Positions 43,980 through 52,267 of a stretch of DNA of 64,000 nucleotides are shown here, piece after piece. How positions within the stretch are numbered: position 1 is the first letter of the stretch; every line of letters starts with the position of its first letter. Below the pieces are notes generated by a model. It was not told the origin of the DNA. It ran no database searches and saw only the letters and a program-made list of their open reading frames with translations. The stretch is from NCBI GenBank assembly GCA_029261405.1, contig JAJDBK010000063.1:29086-93085 (forward strand). The letters run 5' to 3'. Source of the stretch: Nitrospinaceae bacterium. GTDB lineage: Bacteria; Nitrospinota_A; UBA7883; JAJDBK01. A program made the position numbers and the translations under genes.

Positions 43980-45365
43980 ATGGAAATCAACGAAAAATCT
44001 ATCGACAACCGCCAGGCTTATGATGAGCTTATAAGGGCGCTTGAGATTGTATCCAAAGGCTTGCCCGCGCCATATTTACCACCTGTAAACGACCCTAAAC
44101 TTAATTCGATCTCACGCCTCGTTACAGAAGTGTCGGAAAAGAACCAAACGGCGTTTGAAAACCTCCGGTCAGTCAACAGGTCCCTTAGAACCGAAAAGGA
44201 ACGGCTCGAAGACAAGGTGGAGATCCTGGAAGGCGAACTCGAACAGGCTGTCGACAGCGCCAAGGTCGGCGAGCGGATGAAAGAAGAGTTCATAGCCAAT
44301 ATCAACCATAAACTACGCACACCTCTAACCTCCATTATAGGCTTTACCTCGCTATTGTTGCAGGACAAGGAAGGTATGATGGACACGAGAAAAATTGCCG
44401 AATATCTTGGCATTGTTCTTCAGGAGGGGGAGCGACTTATGGGAATGGTCGAGACCATGATCAATCTGGCCCGTATCAACTCCGGAGAGTCGCCCCCTGC
44501 GTTCAAACTGTTTGGCCTCAATAAGCGCATCACAACCGAATCCCCGAAATGGAGCAACGACCTTCCAAAGGACGTTGCTCTCTACCTTGATCTGGACGAA
44601 TCTGTTGGCTCCATCGTCGCCGATCCCGGGATGATACTCACGGCGATAGGGATGTTGATCTCTAACGCCTCGGCCTGCTCACCTGCGGGTAGCGTAATAA
44701 CAGTAACCACATGTAATATGGGCGATAATGTGGTCATAGAGGTCATAGATCAGGGGGAGGGGCTTCCGGGGGAGGCTCTCGACTCCATATTCCAGAATTT
44801 CACCCAACACAACAAACCGGATGGAAGTGGAGGTCTGGGCGTCGGGCTATCGCTTGTCCGTTCGATCGCGTGGTTGCACAAAGGGGAAGTCTCCGTCACA
44901 AGTGAAGAGGGAGTGGGGAGCCGGTTCAAGGTAACGATCCCCTACAACCCGGATGCGGCCTATGATGCGCTCACCACAAGCTCCAATATGGAGAGAAGTC
45001 TGGCGTTGGTAGCCGATGACGACATGAACTCCCGACTGCTTCTCAAGGGCATGTTGAAAGAGAAATTCGATATTGTAGAGGCCGCCGACGGTCATGAGGC
45101 CGTAAGGATGTGTGCAAAACATAAACCTGCGATTCTGCTTGCGGACATGGCCATGCCGGAAAAGGACGGGATTGCGACAATCCTGGAGATTCGGTCAAAC
45201 CCTGAAATCTGCGATACTCCCATCCTGGTCCTTTCGGCAAAAACATCGCCGAAAGTGGTCGAAGCGGCTTATAGCGCCGGAGCCAACAGCTATCTTAGCA
45301 AACCGTTCACAAAAGAGGAGTTGCTACGCGACATATATGCAATCCTTGGCGTAAAACAGACGTAG
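43980..45365 (+). CDS. Hybrid sensor histidine kinase/response regulator (cytoplasmic; coiled-coil, HisKA, HATPase, REC)
   Basis: H-box ANINHKLRTPLTSI; HATPase G-boxes; C-terminal receiver with DD...D...K pattern (LVADDDMNS...LLADMAMP...). Confidence 0.8.
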   Translation: MEINEKSIDNRQAYDELIRALEIVSKGLPAPYLPPVNDPKLNSISRLVTEVSEKNQTAFENLRSVNRSLRTEKERLEDKVEILEGELEQAVDSAKVGERMKEEFIANINHKLRTPLTSIIGFTSLLLQDKEGMMDTRKIAEYLGIVLQEGERLMGMVETMINLARINSGESPPAFKLFGLNKRITTESPKWSNDLPKDVALYLDLDESVGSIVADPGMILTAIGMLISNASACSPAGSVITVTTCNMGDNVVIEVIDQGEGLPGEALDSIFQNFTQHNKPDGSGGLGVGLSLVRSIAWLHKGEVSVTSEEGVGSRFKVTIPYNPDAAYDALTTSSNMERSLALVADDDMNSRLLLKGMLKEKFDIVEAADGHEAVRMCAKHKPAILLADMAMPEKDGIATILEIRSNPEICDTPILVLSAKTSPKVVEAAYSAGANSYLSKPFTKEELLRDIYAILGVKQT

Positions 45366-45384
45366 TAGCCCCGATTATTCCGCT

Positions 45385-45590
45385 AGGAGTCTATCGGACT
45401 TAGGGGTTCGTTAGCGAAGTGGCGCGACCACAGCGATAAGGTTTTGAGTCAGATTTATTGCACTTTTGAGGTGTAATCGCCGTGGCCACGCCACTTCGCC
45501 GAAAAAGAGCGGATAATTTGGCCAAAACTGGGCCAACGGCGTGGTCGCGCCACTTGTAGCAGAATCATCCTAAGTCCGACAGGCTCCTGG
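45385..45590. repeat. Non-coding MITE-like repeat, copy B, with ~46 bp imperfect terminal inverted repeats
   Basis: Left end AGGAGTCTATCGGACTTAGGGGTTCGTTAGCGAAGTGGCGCGACCAC. The reverse complement of the right end is CCAGGAGCCTGTCGGACTTAGGATGATTCTGCTACAAGTGGCGCGACCAC. Internal blocks are shared with copy A. Confidence 0.65.
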
Positions 45591-46646
45591 TGAATAGTCC
45601 ATAACTCTTCTGCGAGCGGTAAACCCCGCATCCTCCACAAGCCTTCTTATCTCCTTTTCCGTCAATCTGAAACTTACCCCGGCCGATGCGACGACATTCT
45701 CTTCGATCATCGTCGAACCCATGTCGTTGGCGCCGAAATATAAGGAGAGCTGGGCAATCTTCGCGCCCTGGGTCACCCATGACGCCTGAATGTTATCTAT
45801 GTTATCAAGATAGAGGCGGGAGACGGCCAGCGTTTTTAGATACTCGAACCCGCCGGTCTCCGCCCTACCTTCAAGGTCGGTATTCTTCGGCTGAAACGGC
45901 CAGGGGATAAAGGCGGTAAAGACACCAGTCTCGTCCTGCAACTCCCTTATCCGTCCGAGGCTTTCGATCCTCTCCCTCAAAGTCTCCTCGTGACCGAACA
46001 TCATGGTGGCCGTTGCCCTCATTCCCTGAAGACCCGCCTGACGCATCACCTCTATCCATTCGTCCGCGCTACACTTGTTCGGGCTAACGATGTCCCTGAC
46101 CCGGTCCACAAGGATTTCTGCGCCACCACCCGGTATCGAGTCAAGGCCGGCTTTTTGCAACCTTGCGATGGTGTCAGCTATCGAGAGTTTCGAGATGCGG
46201 GAGATATGCGCGATCTCAGGCCCGGAGAAACCGTGGATACCGATTCCCCGCCCCTTGATAACCCGCAAAAGGTTTTCGTACCACTCTAACTGAAGTTTCG
46301 GATGCAATCCCCCCTGTAGCAGAATCCGTTTTCCACCCAGTTTTATTGTCTCGTCTATCTTTTCAAGTATCTGATCATCCGTGATGAGATAAGCGTCACC
46401 GTGACCGGGGGTCTTGTAAAACGCGCAGAACCGGCAGGCGGAGACACATACGTTTGTATAGTTGACGTTCCGGTCAACTATATATGTAACAACGCCGTCC
46501 GGGTGTTTTCCTCGACAGAGAGTGTCCGCCGCCTTTCCGATGGCCAGAAGCTCGTGCGACTTTAAAAGGGCCAGTGCGGAATCGTCGTCAAGACGCTCTC
46601 CCTCAAGAACGCCCTTGAGAATTGCATCAACCGTCTTTATCGACAT
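45570..46646 (-). CDS. Radical SAM enzyme of the futalosine menaquinone pathway (MqnC/MqnE family)
   Basis: CVSACRFCAF (CxxxCxxC) cluster; ~358 aa with MqnC/MqnE/CofH-like architecture; ubiE is elsewhere in the window; the last 7 codons and stop codon lie inside the repeat TIR. Confidence 0.6.
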   Translation of the reverse strand: MSIKTVDAILKGVLEGERLDDDSALALLKSHELLAIGKAADTLCRGKHPDGVVTYIVDRNVNYTNVCVSACRFCAFYKTPGHGDAYLITDDQILEKIDETIKLGGKRILLQGGLHPKLQLEWYENLLRVIKGRGIGIHGFSGPEIAHISRISKLSIADTIARLQKAGLDSIPGGGAEILVDRVRDIVSPNKCSADEWIEVMRQAGLQGMRATATMMFGHEETLRERIESLGRIRELQDETGVFTAFIPWPFQPKNTDLEGRAETGGFEYLKTLAVSRLYLDNIDNIQASWVTQGAKIAQLSLYFGANDMGSTMIEENVVASAGVSFRLTEKEIRRLVEDAGFTARRRVMDYSPGACRT

Positions 46647-47889
46647 CGGTCACCCTCACGTCAATTATCTCCACTGACAACAGACGCTGAGGTGTGCTGT
46701 CGAGCGTTTTTATCAGATACGGACCTGTCGCCATCATGGTTCCTTTTTTTGGAATCCGCTCCAACGCATCGTTCATGAACCCGCTAACAGTCTCGTAGTC
46801 TCCCGTAGGCAGGGTGAATCCTAGCTCTTCGTTGAGGCTGTCGACCTCCATCATGGCGTCGATGACGTATTTCCCCTCACCGGTTTTCTCATAGAACTTT
46901 ATGGGGGAGTCGTATTCATCCTCAATCTCCCCGACGATCTCCTCCACGAGGTCTTCGACGGTGACTACACCCACCGAACCGCCGTACTCGTCCACGGCTA
47001 TGGCCATATGCACATTGTTCTGGTTCATCTCCCGCATAAGGGATGAACTTCGTCTTGTTATCGGTGTATAGATAACAGGTTGCATAAGTTTATCGACAGT
47101 TTCGTTCTGGTTGTGGTTTCTCAGAATGTCAAACGCGCTGACTATACCGACGATATTGTATATGCGCTCGTTATAGACAGGAAGCCGGGAGTAGCCCGAT
47201 TTTGCTATCCGCTCTTTCGCCTGGGCCACGGTGGAGGAACTCGATACCGCGACAAGGTTTACCAGCGGACGCATCACCGATTCTACGTTCGTTGTGCGAA
47301 ACTCGAAAATCCGGTCGATCATTTTCCGTTCATCATGGGCGATGTCGAGGTTGGAGTCGCTTTTCCTTGTCATCCGGTGCAACTCCTCCCGGGTGATAAG
47401 GCCGACCGGTTCACCGTTGTCGGGACGGAATAATGAAGCCACGCCCCTGGCTATGGCGGATGTGACCTTTAAGAGCGGAGAAAAAAGAGTCTGCGCCTTT
47501 TCCAGCGGTCCGGCCACATATTCGGTCATGGTCTCCGCTTTTTGACTGAAAAGAATCTTCGGGGCGATCTCACCCAGGATAAGAGTTAACGGACCCATTA
47601 TCAGGAACGAGTAGATATCAGCGCTCTCACCAACACGGCTGGCCAGATAGGCTGTAACAAGGGAAGCCCCGGCGAATACAAAGATATTGGTCCCGAGAGA
47701 TGTGGCGCCGAACACCCGTTCCGGGTTCTTTAGAAGGCGCTCGAAGGTTTTCGCCCCTTCCGAACCCGATTCGGCCAGATGCCGCAGTTTTACCCGGTCA
47801 AACGAAATCAGCAGATATTCGCAACCTGAAAAGAATCCTTCCGACAGGAGGCAGAAGATAGCAAGGGTAATAGTGGCGGTAAGGTCCAT
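46627..47889 (-). CDS. CNNM/HlyC-CorC family transporter (DUF21, CBS pair, CorC_HlyC)
   Basis: N-terminal DUF21 TM domain; tandem CBS domains; C-terminal CorC/HlyC domain. Confidence 0.75.
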   Translation of the reverse strand: MDLTATITLAIFCLLSEGFFSGCEYLLISFDRVKLRHLAESGSEGAKTFERLLKNPERVFGATSLGTNIFVFAGASLVTAYLASRVGESADIYSFLIMGPLTLILGEIAPKILFSQKAETMTEYVAGPLEKAQTLFSPLLKVTSAIARGVASLFRPDNGEPVGLITREELHRMTRKSDSNLDIAHDERKMIDRIFEFRTTNVESVMRPLVNLVAVSSSSTVAQAKERIAKSGYSRLPVYNERIYNIVGIVSAFDILRNHNQNETVDKLMQPVIYTPITRRSSSLMREMNQNNVHMAIAVDEYGGSVGVVTVEDLVEEIVGEIEDEYDSPIKFYEKTGEGKYVIDAMMEVDSLNEELGFTLPTGDYETVSGFMNDALERIPKKGTMMATGPYLIKTLDSTPQRLLSVEIIDVRVTDVDKDG

Positions 47890-49163
47890 CAGCCTTTCGC
47901 CTCGTTATCATGCTCGCTATTCTTTAACCTCAAGGTCAGCAGTTTTATCCGTCTTTCGTTCACCTGCTCCACCGTAAAAACCAATCCTTCGTACTCTATC
48001 GACTCGCCCGCTGTCGGCACCCGTCCAAACAGGTGGAATACATAACCGCCCACAGTCTCCAGCTCATCATGTTTTATCTCAAGATTCAGCTTTTCGTTGA
48101 GCCGGTCAAGCTCCAGACCTCCCGAAAGCCTGTAGGAGTCGGGGCCGGTCTTTTCGATATAACCATCCCCCTCCCGGGCGGTCATTGTCTCCCCCACAAG
48201 TTCCTCGATCACATCGTTCATGGTCACAAGCCCGGTGAGGCCACCATATTCATCCATGGCCAAGGCTACATGGGTCTTCTTCTTCTTGAACGCCCGCAAC
48301 AACTCGTCGATCGGCATCGTCTCCGGCACAATGAAAGGTTTTCTGACAATGCTTGCAAGTTTGGTTTTCGGATCTGGGGGATAGTCGAACCTGAGCAGAT
48401 CCTTCTTGTACAGTATGCCCACTACGTTATCGGTCGAATCCTCGTATACCGGCGCCCGCGAAAAGAGAGTGTCGGATAATTTGTCCCAGGCTGTCTTTAA
48501 CGGTGTCTCTATCGGCAGGGCGTATATTTCTGTCCTGGGAGTCATGACATCATCAACAGTAACATCACCGAATTCGAAGACGTTCTGAATCATCTCCTTC
48601 TCCCCCTCGTCGATGACCCCTTCGTCCGCCACCCCCTCCACCAGAGTGATAAGCTCCTCTTCGGTCAACCGTGAATTTGAGGCGGTGGGCCGCCCCCAGA
48701 GGGAAACAACCTTGCTAGACAGGTAGTTGACCACAAGATGGGCCGGATGAATTATGACGATGAAAAAAGAGAGGATATGTACCGTTAAAAGCGCCCACCT
48801 CTCGTTATTGTAGTGGGCTATGGTTTTGGGAGTGATCTCACCCACCACAAGCAGGGCAAAAGTTCCGGCGCCGAGAGCTATGGCAAGACCAGCGTCGCCG
48901 AACAGCTCCAGTGCGATAAAAGTTGTAACGGCGGAGGCCGCTACATTGACAAGTTCGTTACCTATGTAGATGGAGATCAGGAGGCGGCGGGGTGAATCGA
49001 GCAGTTTGGAAATTTTAGCGCCCGCTCTGCCGTTCTCCTCTCTTAATCTTGTCAGTTGAACCTGTGAAAGGGAGAAGAGAGCCACCTCGCAACCTGCGAA
49101 GAAAGCGGAGAGCAACAGCAGGGCAACCAGCAGGATCGACCTTGCAATCAGAGCGTCGTCCAT
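47889..49163 (-). CDS. CNNM/HlyC-CorC family transporter (paralog, tandem)
   Basis: Same DUF21/CBS/CorC architecture as the adjacent gene. Confidence 0.75.
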   Translation of the reverse strand: MDDALIARSILLVALLLLSAFFAGCEVALFSLSQVQLTRLREENGRAGAKISKLLDSPRRLLISIYIGNELVNVAASAVTTFIALELFGDAGLAIALGAGTFALLVVGEITPKTIAHYNNERWALLTVHILSFFIVIIHPAHLVVNYLSSKVVSLWGRPTASNSRLTEEELITLVEGVADEGVIDEGEKEMIQNVFEFGDVTVDDVMTPRTEIYALPIETPLKTAWDKLSDTLFSRAPVYEDSTDNVVGILYKKDLLRFDYPPDPKTKLASIVRKPFIVPETMPIDELLRAFKKKKTHVALAMDEYGGLTGLVTMNDVIEELVGETMTAREGDGYIEKTGPDSYRLSGGLELDRLNEKLNLEIKHDELETVGGYVFHLFGRVPTAGESIEYEGLVFTVEQVNERRIKLLTLRLKNSEHDNEAKG

Positions 49164-49205
49164 GCTCTTCTTTCCGGGAAATTAAAGCGTGGACTGGGAG
49201 GTTCG

Positions 49206-50654
49206 TCAGTCATGGTGTTTCTGTTTTTCACCAGTGCGGTAGTCCTCAAGCTCAATCTCGTTTATCTCCCCGAATAAAGAGAGGCCATCTTTCAGCGATT
49301 CGGTGTCACCTACCACCACGAACTTTAAACCGTCCGGGTGCAGATATTTTTTCGCCACCCGCAAGACATCCCCTTTCGTAACCCACATCACCTTGTCGCG
49401 GTAACTTAACAGATAGTCATGAGGATAATCGTAATATTCCAGAGTCAGCCACTGGTCGAGAATCCGGGCCGGTTTATCGAAAATGAAAATAAACGAATTC
49501 ACGATTGCGTTTCTCGCCACGTCGATCTCATCGTCTGTCACCTCTACTTCCCTGATAGCCGAAATCTCTTCGATCATGATTTTCACAACCTCGGCGACGC
49601 TTTCGGTTTTGGTCTCCGCCCCTATGAGAAGGCGGCCCAATTCACTTCTGCCGCCGAGATAATAAGACCATGCGGAGTAAGCAAGCCCCCTTTCGGTCCT
49701 TATCTTCTGAACCATTCTGGAGGCGAACCCGTTTGCTCCGAGAATCTTGTCCATCACCCGTAGCGAAAAATAGTCGGGATTGGTCCTCTTTGTAGCAAGG
49801 TGACCGGCCCTGATTACCGCTTGAGGGAGTTTTTTGTCCGCAACAAAAAAACCGCCTTCATACTTCTCCGGCGCAGGGGTAACCTCCGGGAAGAGAGGAT
49901 CAACTCCTTGCCATCCCTCAAAAACCTTTTCAAGTTTTGCAATAATGCTCTTCTCGTCAAAATCCCCCGCTACGCCGATTATCATTCCTTGCGGAACAAA
50001 GTAGTTTCGGTGGAACTGTTTTGCATCCTCGATAGTTATAGAAGAGACGCTTTTTAGTGTCAGTCTGTTGGCGTAAGGCGTTCCTTCGTAGAGCAGGTGT
50101 GACAACTCCCGCATGGCGATGCCGGAGGGGTCGTCGTTCTCCCTGCGAATCGACTCCATGGTCTGGGCTTTTGAAAGCTCGAATCTGCTCTCATCAAACC
50201 GGGGATTGCGCAAAACGTCCGCGAAAGTTTCAAGCCCCGTATCCAGATCCTTGGTAAGCGTGGAAAGGGTGGCGGTCCCGGACTCTTCGCCTATGCTGAC
50301 TTCCACCATCGCCGCCATTCGTTCCAGCTTTTCATCCAGTTCGTCAGGGGGAATCGCCACGGTTCCGCCCGAACGGATATTGGCGCCGGTAAGTGCGGCC
50401 AATCCCTCTTTTCCGGGAGGATCGTAGATGGCGCCGGTCTTTATCATGGCGCTTACCGTTATTAACGGCAGTTCATGATCCGGCAGAAGCAACACCCGGA
50501 CCCCGTTTTTCAGGGTGACTCTTGAAGGCTGGGGAATGTCGGTCTTGATGGGGGGGAACGAAAGCCGGGATAGAGCCTCTTCGCCACCACTGCCGCTGGC
50601 CGAATCGGCCTGAACAAAAAAGACCAGCAGTAAAGGTATTATGAAATTTCTCAT
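49206..50654 (-). CDS. M16 family peptidase, non-catalytic (beta-like) subunit, secreted
   Basis: Signal peptide; M16 fold pattern but no HxxEH zinc motif. Confidence 0.65.
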   Translation of the reverse strand: MRNFIIPLLLVFFVQADSASGSGGEEALSRLSFPPIKTDIPQPSRVTLKNGVRVLLLPDHELPLITVSAMIKTGAIYDPPGKEGLAALTGANIRSGGTVAIPPDELDEKLERMAAMVEVSIGEESGTATLSTLTKDLDTGLETFADVLRNPRFDESRFELSKAQTMESIRRENDDPSGIAMRELSHLLYEGTPYANRLTLKSVSSITIEDAKQFHRNYFVPQGMIIGVAGDFDEKSIIAKLEKVFEGWQGVDPLFPEVTPAPEKYEGGFFVADKKLPQAVIRAGHLATKRTNPDYFSLRVMDKILGANGFASRMVQKIRTERGLAYSAWSYYLGGRSELGRLLIGAETKTESVAEVVKIMIEEISAIREVEVTDDEIDVARNAIVNSFIFIFDKPARILDQWLTLEYYDYPHDYLLSYRDKVMWVTKGDVLRVAKKYLHPDGLKFVVVGDTESLKDGLSLFGEINEIELEDYRTGEKQKHHD

Positions 50655-52165
50655 TTCGATTTGTCTTTGCTGACGATATTGGCCACGGTGGCGTTTTCCT
50701 GAGTGAAAATTTTCTTCGCCACCCGCTCTATGTCTTCGGCTGTAACGGCTTCTATCCGTTCGGTCTCCCGCACTACGTTTCTCCAGTCTCCGGTTATCTG
50801 CTGATAATAAGCGAGCAGGCGGGCCATGCCGTAATGGGAGACCAGCCCCCGGATAAAATCGGCCTGAAGGTTTGTCTTCACCTTTTCAAGCTCCTCGTCG
50901 CCGACCGGTTCGTTTTTCAGTTTTTCAAGCTCCTCCCATACCGCCTTCTCCAGATCCTTGACGGTATTGGGGGGAAGAGGCTCGCCGCTTATCATGAATT
51001 CGTTCGGGTAGCGCGATCCGGGGGCCGTAAAAGTACCAGCAGAGAGGGCGATCTTCTTTTTTCTGACGATATTAACGTTGAGCCTCGATGTTCTGCCGGT
51101 CGAAAGGAGACCGTCTATTACTGTCATCACGTCATCGTCCGGGTCGTCCCACGCAGGTTTATGAAACCCGATGAAAAATGTAGGGCTGGCGTCAAAGCTT
51201 ATCTCAATCTCACGGCGACCACCCTGGACAGGCTCCGTCGTTACCACCCGCTCCGGCAATGGGCGGGCTGGAATGTCGGAGAAATATTTCCGGACGACCC
51301 GCTCCACTTCCTCGACCTTGACATCCCCCACTATGGCTATGGCGGCGTTGTTCGGCACATACCAGGTGTCCCAGAAACGCTGAACCTCCGACAAGGGGAG
51401 CCTCGATATATCCGCAGGCCAGCCTATGATTGGCTCTCCGTAAGGATGAGCTATGAAAGCCGAAGCGAGAAATCTTTCGTACAGTTTTCCGGTGGCCCGG
51501 TTTTCGTAACTCCTCCTCCGCTCCTCCAGCACTACGTCCCGCTCCGAGTAGAACTCCCGGAAGACCGCGTTCTTGAGCCGGTCCGACTCTATCCATGCCC
51601 AAAGCTCCAGCTTGTTGGCCGGCATTCGGATAATGTAAGTGGTCAGGTCCTTGCTCGTACCCGCGTTGAAACCGACACCTCCGGCTGAAGAGTAGATTTT
51701 TGAATATATTTCGGAGACGACATACTTTTTCTGCTCCGCAGAAGCTTTGGCGAGATCCGATTTTATCTTTTCGATAGTTTCGGGCGATTCGTTATCGCGT
51801 CGCGCCTTGTCGAGTTTTGCGCCGAGCCGATTCACTTCCGCCAGGAGGGGCTCTTCCTTGCTCCAGTCGGTACTGCCCAGATTTGTGGTCCCTTTAAAAA
51901 GCATATGTTCGAGCATATGGGCGGCGCCTGTCATGCCTCTTCGCTCCTCCACGGATCCGACCTTAAACGCTATATGAGCCGCGAATATAGGAGCGCCGGG
52001 GCGTTCGAGCACAATAACCTTCAGACCGTTATCGAGAGAAAACTCTTTCACCCTCTCCGCGAGATCAAAGGCGAACAGTGGTGTTGCGTAGAGCGACAAG
52101 AGAGTAATGAGACAAGCGAGCCTGGAAAATCGGCCCTGGCGACAGGAATAGTCTGATGTTTGCAT
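50651..52165 (-). CDS. M16 family zinc peptidase (pitrilysin-like), catalytic subunit, secreted
   Basis: Inverted zinc motif HMLEH (GAAHMLEHMLFKGT); signal peptide; overlaps the downstream paralog by 4 nt. Confidence 0.75.
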   Translation of the reverse strand: MQTSDYSCRQGRFSRLACLITLLSLYATPLFAFDLAERVKEFSLDNGLKVIVLERPGAPIFAAHIAFKVGSVEERRGMTGAAHMLEHMLFKGTTNLGSTDWSKEEPLLAEVNRLGAKLDKARRDNESPETIEKIKSDLAKASAEQKKYVVSEIYSKIYSSAGGVGFNAGTSKDLTTYIIRMPANKLELWAWIESDRLKNAVFREFYSERDVVLEERRRSYENRATGKLYERFLASAFIAHPYGEPIIGWPADISRLPLSEVQRFWDTWYVPNNAAIAIVGDVKVEEVERVVRKYFSDIPARPLPERVVTTEPVQGGRREIEISFDASPTFFIGFHKPAWDDPDDDVMTVIDGLLSTGRTSRLNVNIVRKKKIALSAGTFTAPGSRYPNEFMISGEPLPPNTVKDLEKAVWEELEKLKNEPVGDEELEKVKTNLQADFIRGLVSHYGMARLLAYYQQITGDWRNVVRETERIEAVTAEDIERVAKKIFTQENATVANIVSKDKSK

Positions 52166-52267
52166 CGGGTTTTTAAGTATTACACCTCCTCAATAAATTA
52201 CGGAAATACGATTTCACTGGTTCAATGGTAAATAAACAGGACACACTGTGTCAACTGCCAGAAAAGG

